Positions 13,701 to 27,441 of a stretch of DNA of 64,000 bases are shown here, one piece after another. Within the stretch, counting starts at the first letter, position 1. Every line of letters starts with the position of its first letter. The position numbers and the translations under genes were made by a program. The notes beneath the pieces are model-generated. The model did no database searches, was not told the origin of the DNA, and worked only from the letters and a program-made list of their open reading frames with translations. This stretch comes from Auanema rhodensis (Eukaryota > Animalia > Nematoda), in the NCBI GenBank assembly GCA_964057225.1, contig OZ059900.1:19220001-19284000 (forward strand), written 5' to 3'.

Positions 13701-14706
13701 CAAGGGTTAGAAAATTAAGGAAATTAGCATATTCTGAGGGCACGCCCCTTATGGCTAATATTGATTAAATCGATTTTTGTTCATATGAGTTGTCAAATGC
13801 AATGAATTTCAGCGTGTTACATACTAAAATGAAGCATTTTACATGCTGAACACTAGAAAAATACAAAAACACAGTATTTCCCATGAGAAATATTTTATTA
13901 TGCTGGAAAACCAGTTTTTGGAAATTTCGCTGTAAACAAGGTTTTGACTTACGATTTCATGTGTTCAAACTCATGCAATGTCAATGAAACCTAGCTCAAA
14001 ATTGTTCGTACAACGTCTAGTTCCACTTTCACGACAAAAAAACAGGGGTTAGAAAATTAAGGAAATTAGCATATTCTGAGGGCACGCCCCTTATGGCTAA
14101 TATTGATTAAATCGATTTTTGTTCATATGAGTCGTCAAATGCAACGAATTTTAGCGTGTTACATACTAAAATGAAGCATTTTACATGCTGAACACTAGAA
14201 GAATACAAAAACACAGTATTTCCCATGAGAAATATTTTATTATGCTGGAAAACCAGTTTTTGGAAATTTCGCTGTAAACAAGGTTTTGACTTACGATTTC
14301 ATGTGTTCAAACTCATGCAATGTCAATGAAACCTAGCTCAAAATTGTTCGTACAACGTTTAGTTCCACTTTCACGACAAAAAAACAGGGGTTAGAAAATT
14401 AAGGAAATTAGCATATTCTGAGGGCACGCCCCTTATGGCTAATATTGATTAAATCGATTTTTGTTCATATGAGTCGTCAAATGCAACGAATTTCAGCGTG
14501 TTACATACTAAAATGAAGCATTTTACATGCTGAACACTAGAAAAATACAAAAACACAGTATTTCCCATGAGAAATATTTTATCATGCTGGAAAACCAGTT
14601 TTTGGAAATTTCGCTGTAAACAAGGTTTTGACTTACGATTTCATGTGTTCAAACTCATGCAATGTCAATGAAACCTAGCTCAAAATTGTTTGTACAACGT
14701 CTATTT

Positions 14707-14943
14707 CCACTTTCACGACAAAAAAACAAGGGTTAGAAAATTAAGGAAATTAGCATATTCTGAGGGCACGCCCCTTATGGCTAATATTGATTAAATCGAT
14801 TTTTGTTCATATGAGTCGTCAAATGCAACGAATTTCAGCGTGTTACATACTAAAATGAAGCATTTTACATGCTGAATTGTTTGTACAACGTCTAGTTAAA
14901 TTGTTTGAAAATTGTTTTAAAATTGTTTGTACAACGTCTAGTT
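14707..14943 (+). other. Truncated 237-bp monomer: 151-bp deletion plus 46-bp iterated templated insertion
   Basis: The monomer runs to position 170 (GCTGAA, 14,876) and jumps to position 322 through an AA microhomology. It then reads TTGTTTGTACAACGTCTAGTT-AAATTGTTTG-AAAATTGTTTT-AAAATTGTTTGTACAACGTCTAGTT before the next monomer at 14,944. Confidence 0.92.
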
Positions 14944-17900
14944 CCACTTTCACGACAAAAAAACAAGGGTTAGAAAATTAAGGAAATTAGCATATTCTGA
15001 GGGCACGCCCCTTATGGCTAATATTGATTAAATCGATTTTTGTTCATATGAGTCGTCAAATGCAACGAATTTCAGCGTGTTACATACTAAAATGAAGCAT
15101 TTTACATGCTGAACACTAGAAAAATACAAAAACACAGTATTTCCCATGAGAAATATTTTATTATGCTGGAAAACCAGTTTTTGGAAATTTCGCTGTAAAC
15201 AAGGTTTTGACTTACGATTTCATGTGTTCAAACTCATGCAATGTCAATGAAACCTAGCTCAAAATTGTTCGTACAACGTCTAGTACCACTTTCACGACAA
15301 AAAAACAGGGGTTAGAAAATTAAGGAAATTAGCATATTCTGAGGGCACGCCCCTTATGGCTAATATTGATTAAATCGATTTTTGTTCATATGAGTCGTCA
15401 AATGCAACGAATTTCAGCGTGTTACATACTAAAATGAAGCATTTTACATGCTGAACACTAGAAAAATACAAAAACACAGTATTTCCCATGAGAAATATTT
15501 TATTATGCTGGAAAACCAGTTTTTGGAAATTTCGCTGTAAACAAGGTTTTGACTTACGATTTCATGTGTTCAAACTCATGCAATGTCAATGAAACCTAGC
15601 TCAAAATTGTTCGTACAACGTCTAGTTCCACTTTCACGACAAAAAAACAGGGGTTAGAAAATTAAGGAAATTAGCATATTCTGAGGTCACGCCCCTTATG
15701 GCTAATATTGATTAAATCGATTTTTGTTCATATGAGTCGTCAAATGCAACGAATTTCAGCGTGTTACACACTAAAATGAAGCATTTTACATGCTGAACAC
15801 TAGAAGAATACAAAAACACAGTATTTCCCATGAGAAATATTTTATTATGCTGGAAAACCAGTTTTTGGAAATTTCGCTGTAAACAAGGTTTTGACTTACG
15901 ATTTCATGTGTTCAAACTCATGCAATGTCAATGAAACCTAGCTCAAAATTGTTCGTACAACGTCTAGTTCCACTTTCACGACAAAAAAACAGGGGTTAGA
16001 AAATTAAGGAAATTAGCATATTCTGAGGGCACGCCCCTTATGGCTAATATTGATTAAATCGATTTTTGTTCATATGAGTCGTCAAATGCAACGAATTTCA
16101 GCGTGTTACATACTAAAATGAAGCATTTTACATGCTGAACACTAGAAAAATACAAAAACACAGTATTTCCCATGAGAAATATTTTATTATGCTGGAAAAC
16201 CAGTTTTTGGAAATTTCGCTGTAAACAAGGTTTTGACTTACGATTTCATGTGTTCAAACTCATGCAATGTCAATGAAACCTAGCTCAAAATTGTTCGTAC
16301 AACGTCTAGTTCCACTTTCACGACAAAAAAACAGGGGTTAGAAAATTAAGGAAATTAGCATATTCTGAGGTCACGCCCCTTATGGCTAATATTGATTAAA
16401 TCGATTTTTGTTCATATGAGTCGTCAAATGCAACGAATTTCAGCGTGTTACACACTAAAATGAAGCATTTTACATGCTGAACACTAGAAGAATACAAAAA
16501 CACAGTATTTCCCATGAGAAATATTTTATTATGCTGGAAAACCAGTTTTTGGAAATTTCGCTGTAAACAAGGTTTTGACTTACGATTTCATGTGTTCAAA
16601 CTCATGCAATGTCAATGAAACCTAGCTCAAAATTGTTCGTACAACGTCTAGTTCCACTTTCACGACAAAAAAACAGGGGTTAGAAAATTAAGGAAATTAG
16701 CATATTCTGAGGGCACGCCCCTTATGGCTAATATTGATTAAATCGATTTTTGTTCATATGAGTCGTCAAATGCAACGAATTTCAGCGTGTTACATACTAA
16801 AATGAAACATTTTACATGCTGAACACTAGAAAAATACAAAAACACAGTATTTCCCATGAGAAATATTTTATTATGCTGGAAAACCAGTTTTTGGAAATTT
16901 CGCTGTAAACAAGGTTTTGACTTACGATTTCATGTGTTCAAACTCATGCAATGTCAATGAAACCTAGCTCAAAATTGTTCGTACAACGTCTAGTTCCACT
17001 TTCACGACAAAAAAACAGGGGTTAGAAAATTAAGGAAATTAGCATATTCTGAGGGCACGCCCCTTATGGCTAATATTGATTAAATCGATTTTTGTTCATA
17101 TGAGTCGTCAAATGCAACGAATTTCAGCGTGTTACACACTAAAATGAAGCATTTTACATGCTGAACACTAGAAGAATACAAAAACACAGTATTTCCCATG
17201 AGAAATATTTTATTATGCTGGAAAACCAGTTTTTGGAAATTTCGCTGTAAACAAGGTTTTGACTTACGATTTCATGTGTTCAAACTCATGCAATGTCAAT
17301 GAAACCTAGCTCAAAATTGTTCGTACAACGTCTAGTTCCACTTTCACGACAAAAAAACAGGGGTTAGAAAATTAAGGAAATTAGCATATTCTGAGGGCAC
17401 GCCCCTTATGGCTAATATTGATTAAATCGATTTTTGTTCATATGAGTCGTCAAATGCAACGAATTTCAGCGTGTTACATACTAAAATGAAGCATTTTACA
17501 TGCTGAACACTAGAAAAATACAAAAACACAGTATTTCCCATGAGAAATATTTTATTATGCTGGAAAACCAGTTTTTGGAAATTTCGCTGTAAACAAGGTT
17601 TTGACTTACGATTTCATGTGTTCAAACTCATGCAATGTCAATGAAACCTAGCTCAAAATTGTTCGTACAACGTCTAGTTCCACTTTCACGACAAAAAAAC
17701 AGGGGTTAGAAAATTAAGGAAATTAGCATATTCTGAGGGCACGCCCCTTATGGCTAATATTGATTAAATCGATTTTTGTTCATATGAGTCGTCAAATGCA
17801 ACGAATTTCAGCGTGTTACATACTAAAATGAAGCATTTTACATGCTGAACACTAGAAAAATACAAAAACACAGTATTTCCCATGAGAAATATTTTATTAT

Positions 17901-18705
17901 GCTGGAAAACCAGTTTTTGGAAATTTCGCTGTAAACAAGGTTTTGACTTACGATTTCATGTGTTCAAACTCATGCAATGTCAATGAAACCTAGCTCAAAA
18001 TTGTTCGTACAACGTCTAGTTCCACTTTCACGACAAAAAAACAGGGGTTAGAAAATTAAGGAAATTAGCATATTCTGAGGTCACGCCCCTTATGGCTAAT
18101 ATTGATTAAATCGATTTTTGTTCATATGAGTCGTCAAATGCAACGAATTTCAGCGTGTTACACACTAAAATGAAGCATTTTACATGCTGAACACTAGAAG
18201 AATACAAAAACACAGTATTTCCCATGAGAAATATTTTATTATGCTGGAAAACCAGTTTTTGGAAATTTCGCTGTAAACAAGGTTTTGACTTACGATTTCA
18301 TGTGTTCAAACTCATGCAATGTCAATGAAACCTAGCTCAAAATTGTTCGTACAACGTCTAGTTCCACTTTCACGACAAAAAAACAGGGGTTAGAAAATTA
18401 AGGAAATTAGCATATTCTGAGGGCACGCCCCTTATGGCTAATATTGATTAAATCGATTTTTGTTCATATGAGTCGTCAAATGCAACGAATTTCAGCGTGT
18501 TACATACTAAAATGAAGCATTTTACATGCTGAACACTAGAAAAATACAAAAACACAGTATTTCCCATGAGAAATATTTTATTATGCTGGAAAACCAGTTT
18601 TTGGAAATTTCGCTGTAAACAAGGATTTGACTTACGATTTCATGTGTTCAAACTCATGCAATGTCAATGAAACCTAGCTCAAAATTGTTCGTACAACGTC
18701 TAGTT

Positions 18706-21700
18706 CCACTTTCACGACAAAAAAACAGGGGTTAGAAAATTAAGGAAATTAGCATATTCTGAGGGCACGCCCCTTATGGCTAATATTGATTAAATCGATT
18801 TTTGTTCATATGAGTCGTCAAATGCAACGAATTTCAGCGTGTTACACACTAAAATGAAGCATTTTACATGCTGAACACTAGAAGAATACAAAAACACAGT
18901 ATTTCCCATGAGAAATATTTTATTATGCTGGAAAACCAGTTTTTGGAAATTTCGCTGTAAACAAGGTTTTGACTTACGATTTCATGTGTTCAAACTCATG
19001 CAATGTCAATGAAACCTAGCTCAAAATTGTTCGTACAACGTCTAGTTCCACTTTCACGACAAAAAAACAGGGGTTAGAAAATTAAGGAAATTAGCATATT
19101 CTGAGGGCACGCCCCTTATGGCTAATATTGATTAAATCGATTTTTGTTCATATGAGTCGTCAAATGCAACGAATTTCAGCGTGTTACATACTAAAATGAA
19201 GCATTTTACATGCTGAACACTAGAAAAATACAAAAACACAGTATTTCCCATGAGAAATATTTTATCATGCTGGAAAACCAGTTTTTGGAAATTTCGCTGT
19301 AAACAAGGTTTTGACTTACGATTTCATGTGTTCAAACTCATGCAATGTCAATGAAACCTAGCTCAAAATTGTTTGTACAACGTCTAGTTCCACTTTCACG
19401 ACAAAAAAACAAGGGTTAGAAAATTAAGGAAATTAGCATATTCTGAGGGCACGCCCCTTATGGCTAATATTGATTAAATCGATTTTTGTTCATATGAGTC
19501 GTCAAATGCAACGAATTTCAGCGTGTTACATACTAAAATGAAGCATTTTACATGCTGAACACTAGAAAAATACAAAAACACAGTATTTCCCATAAGAAAT
19601 ATTTTATTATGCTGGAAAACCAGTTTTTGGAAATTTCGCTGTAAACAAGGTTTTGACTTACGATTTCATGTGTTCAAACTCATGCAATGTCAATGAAACC
19701 TAGCTCAAAATTGTTTGTACAACGTCTAGTTCCACTTTCACGACAAAAAAACAAGGGTTAGAAAATTAAGGAAATTAGCATATTCTGAGGGCACGCCCCT
19801 TATGGCTAATATTGATTAAATCGATTTTTGTTCATATGAGTCGTCAAATGCAACGAATTTCAGCGTGTTACATACTAAAATGAAGCATTTTACATGCTGA
19901 ACACTAGAAAAATACAAAAACACAGTATTTCCCATGAGAAATATTTTATTATGCTGGAAAACCAGTTTTTGGAAATTTCGCTGTAAACAAGGTTTTGACT
20001 TACGATTTCATGTGTTCAAACTCATGCAATGTCAATGAAACCTAGCTCAAAATTGTTCGTACAACGTCTAGTTCCACTTTCACGACAAAAAAACAGGGGT
20101 TAGAAAATTAAGGAAATTAGCATATTCTGAGGGCACGCCCCTTATGGCTAATATTGATTAAATCGATTTTTGTTCATATGAGTCGTCAAATGCAACGAAT
20201 TTCAGCGTGTTACACACTAAAATGAAGCATTTTACATGCTGAACACTAGAAGAATACAAAAACACAGTATTTCCCATGAGAAATATTTTATTATGCTGGA
20301 AAACCAGTTTTTGGAAATTTCGCTGTAAACAAGGTTTTGACTTACGATTTCATGTGTTCAAACTCATGCAATGTCAATGAAACCTAGCTCAAAATTGTTC
20401 GTACAACGTCTAGTTCCACTTTCACGACAAAAAAACAGGGGTTAGAAAATTAAGGAAATTAGCATATTCTGAGGGCACGCCCCTTATGGCTAATATTGAT
20501 TAAATCGATTTTTGTTCATATGAGTCGTCAAATGCAACGAATTTCAGCGTGTTACATACTAAAATGAAGCATTTTACATGCTGAACACTAGAAAAATACA
20601 AAAACACAGTATTTCCCATGAGAAATATTTTATCATGCTGGAAAACCAGTTTTTGGAAATTTCGCTGTAAACAAGGTTTTGACTTACGATTTCATGTGTT
20701 CAAACTCATGCAATGTCAATGAAACCTAGCTCAAAATTGTTTGTACAACGTCTAGTTCCACTTTCACGACAAAAAAACAAGGGTTAGAAAATTAAGGAAA
20801 TTAGCATATTCTGAGGGCACGCCCCTTATGGCTAATATTGATTAAATCGATTTTTGTTCATATGAGTCGTCAAATGCAACGAATTTCAGCGTGTTACATA
20901 CTAAAATGAAGCATTTTACATGCTGAACACTAGAAAAATACAAAAACACAGTATTTCCCATAAGAAATATTTTATTATGCTGGAAAACCAGTTTTTGGAA
21001 ATTTCGCTGTAAACAAGGTTTTGACTTACGATTTCATGTGTTCAAACTCATGCAATGTCAATGAAACCTAGCTCAAAATTGTTTGTACAACGTCTAGTTC
21101 CACTTTCACGACAAAAAAACAAGGGTTAGAAAATTAAGGAAATTAGCATATTCTGAGGGCACGCCCCTTATGGCTAATATTGATTAAATCGATTTTTGTT
21201 CATATGAGTCGTCAAATGCAACGAATTTCAGCGTGTTACATACTAAAATGAAGCATTTTACATGCTGAACACTAGAAAAATACAAAAACACAGTATTTCC
21301 CATGAGAAATATTTTATTATGCTGGAAAACCAGTTTTTGGAAATTTCGCTGTAAACAAGGTTTTGACTTACGATTTCATGTGTTCAAACTCATGCAATGT
21401 CAATGAAACCTAGCTCAAAATTGTTCGTACAACGTCTAGTTCCACTTTCACGACAAAAAAACAGGGGTTAGAAAATTAAGGAAATTAGCATATTCTGAGG
21501 GCACGCCCCTTATGGCTAATATTGATTAAATCGATTTTTGTTCATATGAGTCGTCAAATGCAACGAATTTCAGCGTGTTACATACTAAAATGAAGCATTT
21601 TACATGCTGAACACTAGAAAAATACAAAAACACAGTATTTCCCATGAGAAATATTTTATCATGCTGGAAAACCAGTTTTTGGAAATTTCGCTGTAAACAA

Positions 21701-24700
21701 GGTTTTGACTTACGATTTCATGTGTTCAAACTCATGCAATGTCAATGAAACCTAGCTCAAAATTGTTTGTACAACGTCTAGTTCCACTTTCACGACAAAA
21801 AAACAAGGGTTAGAAAATTAAGGAAATTAGCATATTCTGAGGGCACGCCCCTTATGGCTAATATTGATTAAATCGATTTTTGTTCATATGAGTCGTCAAA
21901 TGCAACGAATTTCAGCGTGTTACATACTAAAATGAAGCATTTTACATGCTGAACACTAGAAAAATACAAAAACACAGTATTTCCCATAAGAAATATTTTA
22001 TTATGCTGGAAAACCAGTTTTTGGAAATTTCGCTGTAAACAAGGTTTTGACTTACGATTTCATGTGTTCAAACTCATGCAATGTCAATGAAACCTAGCTC
22101 AAAATTGTTTGTACAACGTCTAGTTCCACTTTCACGACAAAAAAACAAGGGTTAGAAAATTAAGGAAATTAGCATATTCTGAGGGCACGCCCCTTATGGC
22201 TAATATTGATTAAATCGATTTTTGTTCATATGAGTCGTCAAATGCAACGAATTTCAGCGTGTTACATACTAAAATGAAGCATTTTACATGCTGAACACTA
22301 GAAAAATACAAAAACACAGTATTTCCCATGAGAAATATTTTATTATGCTGGAAAACCAGTTTTTGGAAATTTCGCTGTAAACAAGGTTTTGACTTACGAT
22401 TTCATGTGTTCAAACTCATGCAATGTCAATGAAACCTAGCTCAAAATTGTTCGTACAACGTCTAGTTCCACTTTCACGACAAAAAAACAGGGGTTAGAAA
22501 ATTAAGGAAATTAGCATATTCTGAGGGCACGCCCCTTATGGCTAATATTGATTAAATCGATTTTTGTTCATATGAGTCGTCAAATGCAACGAATTTCAGC
22601 GTGTTACACACTAAAATGAAGCATTTTACATGCTGAACACTAGAAGAATACAAAAACACAGTATTTCCCATGAGAAATATTTTATTATGCTGGAAAACCA
22701 GTTTTTGGAAATTTCGCTGTAAACAAGGTTTTGACTTACGATTTCATGTGTTCAAACTCATGCAATGTCAATGAAACCTAGCTCAAAATTGTTCGTACAA
22801 CGTCTAGTTCCACTTTCACGACAAAAAAACAGGGGTTAGAAAATTAAGGAAATTAGCATATTCTGAGGGCACGCCCCTTATGGCTAATATTGATTAAATC
22901 GATTTTTGTTCATATGAGTCGTCAAATGCAACGAATTTCAGCGTGTTACATACTAAAATGAAGCATTTTACATGCTGAACACTAGAAAAATACAAAAACA
23001 CAGTATTTCCCATGAGAAATATTTTATCATGCTGGAAAACCAGTTTTTGGAAATTTCGCTGTAAACAAGGTTTTGACTTACGATTTCATGTGTTCAAACT
23101 CATGCAATGTCAATGAAACCTAGCTCAAAATTGTTTGTACAACGTCTAGTTCCACTTTCACGACAAAAAAACAAGGGTTAGAAAATTAAGGAAATTAGCA
23201 TATTCTGAGGGCACGCCCCTTATGGCTAATATTGATTAAATCGATTTTTGTTCATATGAGTCGTCAAATGCAACGAATTTCAGCGTGTTACATACTAAAA
23301 TGAAGCATTTTACATGCTGAACACTAGAAAAATACAAAAACACAGTATTTCCCATAAGAAATATTTTATTATGCTGGAAAACCAGTTTTTGGAAATTTCG
23401 CTGTAAACAAGGTTTTGACTTACGATTTCATGTGTTCAAACTCATGCAATGTCAATGAAACCTAGCTCAAAATTGTTTGTACAACGTCTAGTTCCACTTT
23501 CACGACAAAAAAACAAGGGTTAGAAAATTAAGGAAATTAGCATATTCTGAGGGCACGCCCCTTATGGCTAATATTGATTAAATCGATTTTTGTTCATATG
23601 AGTCGTCAAATGCAACGAATTTCAGCGTGTTACATACTAAAATGAAGCATTTTACATGCTGAACACTAGAAAAATACAAAAACACAGTATTTCCCATGAG
23701 AAATATTTTATTATGCTGGAAAACCAGTTTTTGGAAATTTCGCTGTAAACAAGGTTTTGACTTACGATTTCATGTGTTCAAACTCATGCAATGTCAATGA
23801 AACCTAGCTCAAAATTGTTCGTACAACGTCTAGTTCCACTTTCACGACAAAAAAACAGGGGTTAGAAAATTAAGGAAATTAGCATATTCTGAGGGCACGC
23901 CCCTTATGGCTAATATTGATTAAATCGATTTTTGTTCATATGAGTCGTCAAATGCAACGAATTTCAGCGTGTTACACACTAAAATGAAGCATTTTACATG
24001 CTGAACACTAGAAGAATACAAAAACACAGTATTTCCCATGAGAAATATTTTATTATGCTGGAAAACCAGTTTTTGGAAATTTCGCTGTAAACAAGGTTTT
24101 GACTTACGATTTCATGTGTTCAAACTCATGCAATGTCAATGAAACCTAGCTCAAAATTGTTCGTACAACGTCTAGTTCCACTTTCACGACAAAAAAACAG
24201 GGGTTAGAAAATTAAGGAAATTAGCATATTCTGAGGGCACGCCCCTTATGGCTAATATTGATTAAATCGATTTTTGTTCATATGAGTCGTCAAATGCAAC
24301 GAATTTCAGCGTGTTACATACTAAAATGAAGCATTTTACATGCTGAACACTAGAAAAATACAAAAACACAGTATTTCCCATGAGAAATATTTTATCATGC
24401 TGGAAAACCAGTTTTTGGAAATTTCGCTGTAAACAAGGTTTTGACTTACGATTTCATGTGTTCAAACTCATGCAATGTCAATGAAACCTAGCTCAAAATT
24501 GTTTGTACAACGTCTAGTTCCACTTTCACGACAAAAAAACAAGGGTTAGAAAATTAAGGAAATTAGCATATTCTGAGGGCACGCCCCTTATGGCTAATAT
24601 TGATTAAATCGATTTTTGTTCATATGAGTCGTCAAATGCAACGAATTTCAGCGTGTTACATACTAAAATGAAGCATTTTACATGCTGAACACTAGAAAAA

Positions 24701-26229
24701 TACAAAAACACAGTATTTCCCATAAGAAATATTTTATTATGCTGGAAAACCAGTTTTTGGAAATTTCGCTGTAAACAAGGTTTTGACTTACGATTTCATG
24801 TGTTCAAACTCATGCAATGTCAATGAAACCTAGCTCAAAATTGTTTGTACAACGTCTAGTTCCACTTTCACGACAAAAAAACAAGGGTTAGAAAATTAAG
24901 GAAATTAGCATATTCTGAGGGCACGCCCCTTATGGCTAATATTGATTAAATCGATTTTTGTTCATATGAGTCGTCAAATGCAACGAATTTCAGCGTGTTA
25001 CATACTAAAATGAAGCATTTTACATGCTGAACACTAGAAAAATACAAAAACACAGTATTTCCCATGAGAAATATTTTATTATGCTGGAAAACCAGTTTTT
25101 GGAAATTTCGCTGTAAACAAGGTTTTGACTTACGATTTCATGTGTTCAAACTCATGCAATGTCAATGAAACCTAGCTCAAAATTGTTCGTACAACGTCTA
25201 GTTCCACTTTCACGACAAAAAAACAGGGGTTAGAAAATTAAGGAAATTAGCATATTCTGAGGGCACGCCCCTTATGGCTAATATTGATTAAATCGATTTT
25301 TGTTCATATGAGTCGTCAAATGCAACGAATTTCAGCGTGTTACATACTAAAATGAAGCATTTTACATGCTGAACACTAGAAAAATACAAAAACACAGTAT
25401 TTCCCATGAGAAATATTTTATCATGCTGGAAAACCAGTTTTTGGAAATTTCGCTGTAAACAAGGTTTTGACTTACGATTTCATGTGTTCAAACTCATGCA
25501 ATGTCAATGAAACCTAGCTCAAAATTGTTTGTACAACGTCTAGTTCCACTTTCACGACAAAAAAACAAGGGTTAGAAAATTAAGGAAATTAGCATATTCT
25601 GAGGGCACGCCCCTTATGGCTAATATTGATTAAATCGATTTTTGTTCATATGAGTCGTCAAATGCAACGAATTTCAGCGTGTTACATACTAAAATGAAGC
25701 ATTTTACATGCTGAACACTAGAAAAATACAAAAACACAGTATTTCCCATAAGAAATATTTTATTATGCTGGAAAACCAGTTTTTGGAAATTTCGCTGTAA
25801 ACAAGGTTTTGACTTACGATTTCATGTGTTCAAACTCATGCAATGTCAATGAAACCTAGCTCAAAATTGTTTGTACAACGTCTAGTTCCACTTTCACGAC
25901 AAAAAAACAAGGGTTAGAAAATTAAGGAAATTAGCATATTCTGAGGGCACGCCCCTTATGGCTAATATTGATTAAATCGATTTTTGTTCATATGAGTCGT
26001 CAAATGCAACGAATTTCAGCGTGTTACATACTAAAATGAAGCATTTTACATGCTGAACACTAGAAAAATACAAAAACACAGTATTTCCCATGAGAAATAT
26101 TTTATTATGCTGGAAAACCAGTTTTTGGAAATTTCGCTGTAAACAAGGTTTTGACTTACGATTTCATGTGTTCAAACTCATGCAATGTCAATGAAACCTA
26201 GCTCAAAATTGTTCGTACAACGTCTAGTT
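18706..26229 (+). repeat. Nested HOR: 11-mer (XBDC-XBDC-BDC, 3,762 bp) present twice
   Basis: X = TACACAC + AGAAGAAT; B = TATCATG + TTTGTAC; D = CAAGGG + CCCATAAG + TTTGTAC; C = CAAGGG. X starts at 18706, 20074, 22468 and 23836. D starts at 19390, 20758, 21784, 23152, 24520 and 25546. Confidence 0.85.
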
Positions 26230-27367
26230 CCACTTTCACGACAAAAAAACAGGGGTTAGAAAATTAAGGAAATTAGCATATTCTGAGGGCACGCCCCTTA
26301 TGGCTAATATTGATTAAATCGATTTTTGTTCATATGAGTCGTCAAATGCAACGAATTTCAGCGTGTTACATACTAAAATGAAGCATTTTACATGCTGAAC
26401 ACTAGAAAAATACAAAAACACAGTATTTCCCATGAGAAATATTTTATCATGCTGGAAAACCAGTTTTTGGAAATTTCGCTGTAAACAAGGTTTTGACTTA
26501 CGATTTCATGTGTTCAAACTCATGCAATGTCAATGAAACCTAGCTCAAAATTGTTTGTACAACGTCTAGTTCCACTTTCACGACAAAAAAACAAGGGTTA
26601 GAAAATTAAGGAAATTAGCATATTCTGAGGGCACGCCCCTTATGGCTAATATTGATTAAATCGATTTTTGTTCATATGAGTCGTCAAATGCAACGAATTT
26701 CAGCGTGTTACATACTAAAATGAAGCATTTTACATGCTGAACACTAGAAAAATACAAAAACACAGTATTTCCCATGAGAAATATTTTATTATGCTGGAAA
26801 ACCAGTTTTTGGAAATTTCGCTGTAAACAAGGTTTTGACTTACGATTTCATGTGTTCAAACTCATGCAATGTCAATGAAACCTAGCTCAAAATTGTTCGT
26901 ACAACGTCTAGTTCCACTTTCACGACAAAAAAACAGGGGTTAGAAAATTAAGGAAATTAGCATATTCTGAGGGCACGCCCCTTATGGCTAATATTGATTA
27001 AATCGATTTTTGTTCATATGAGTCGTCAAATGCAACGAATTTCAGCGTGTTACATACTAAAATGAAGCATTTTACATGCTGAACACTAGAAAAATACAAA
27101 AACACAGTATTTCCCATGAGAAATATTTTATTATGCTGGAAAACCAGTTTTTGGAAATTTCGCTGTAAACAAGGTTTTGACTTACGATTTCATGTGTTCA
27201 AACTCATGCAATGTCAATGAAACCTAGCTCAAAATTGTTCGTACAACGTCTAGTTCCACTTTCACGACAAAAAAACAGGGGTTAGAAAATTAAGGAAATT
27301 AGCATATTCTGAGGGCACGCCCCTTATGGCTAATATTGATTAAATCGATTTTTGTTCATATGAGTCG

Positions 27368-27441
27368 TATGCTAATTTCCTTAATTTTCTAACCCCTGTT
27401 TTTTTGTCGTGAAAGTGGAACTAGACGTTGTACGAACAATT
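27368..27441 (-). other. 74-bp inverted satellite fragment (monomer positions 320-342 + 1-51) inserted within a monomer, replacing 14 bp
   Basis: TATGCTAATTTCC...GTACGAACAATT is the exact reverse complement of 27,233-27,306. The host monomer is 399 bp (27,256-27,654). Confidence 0.95.
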
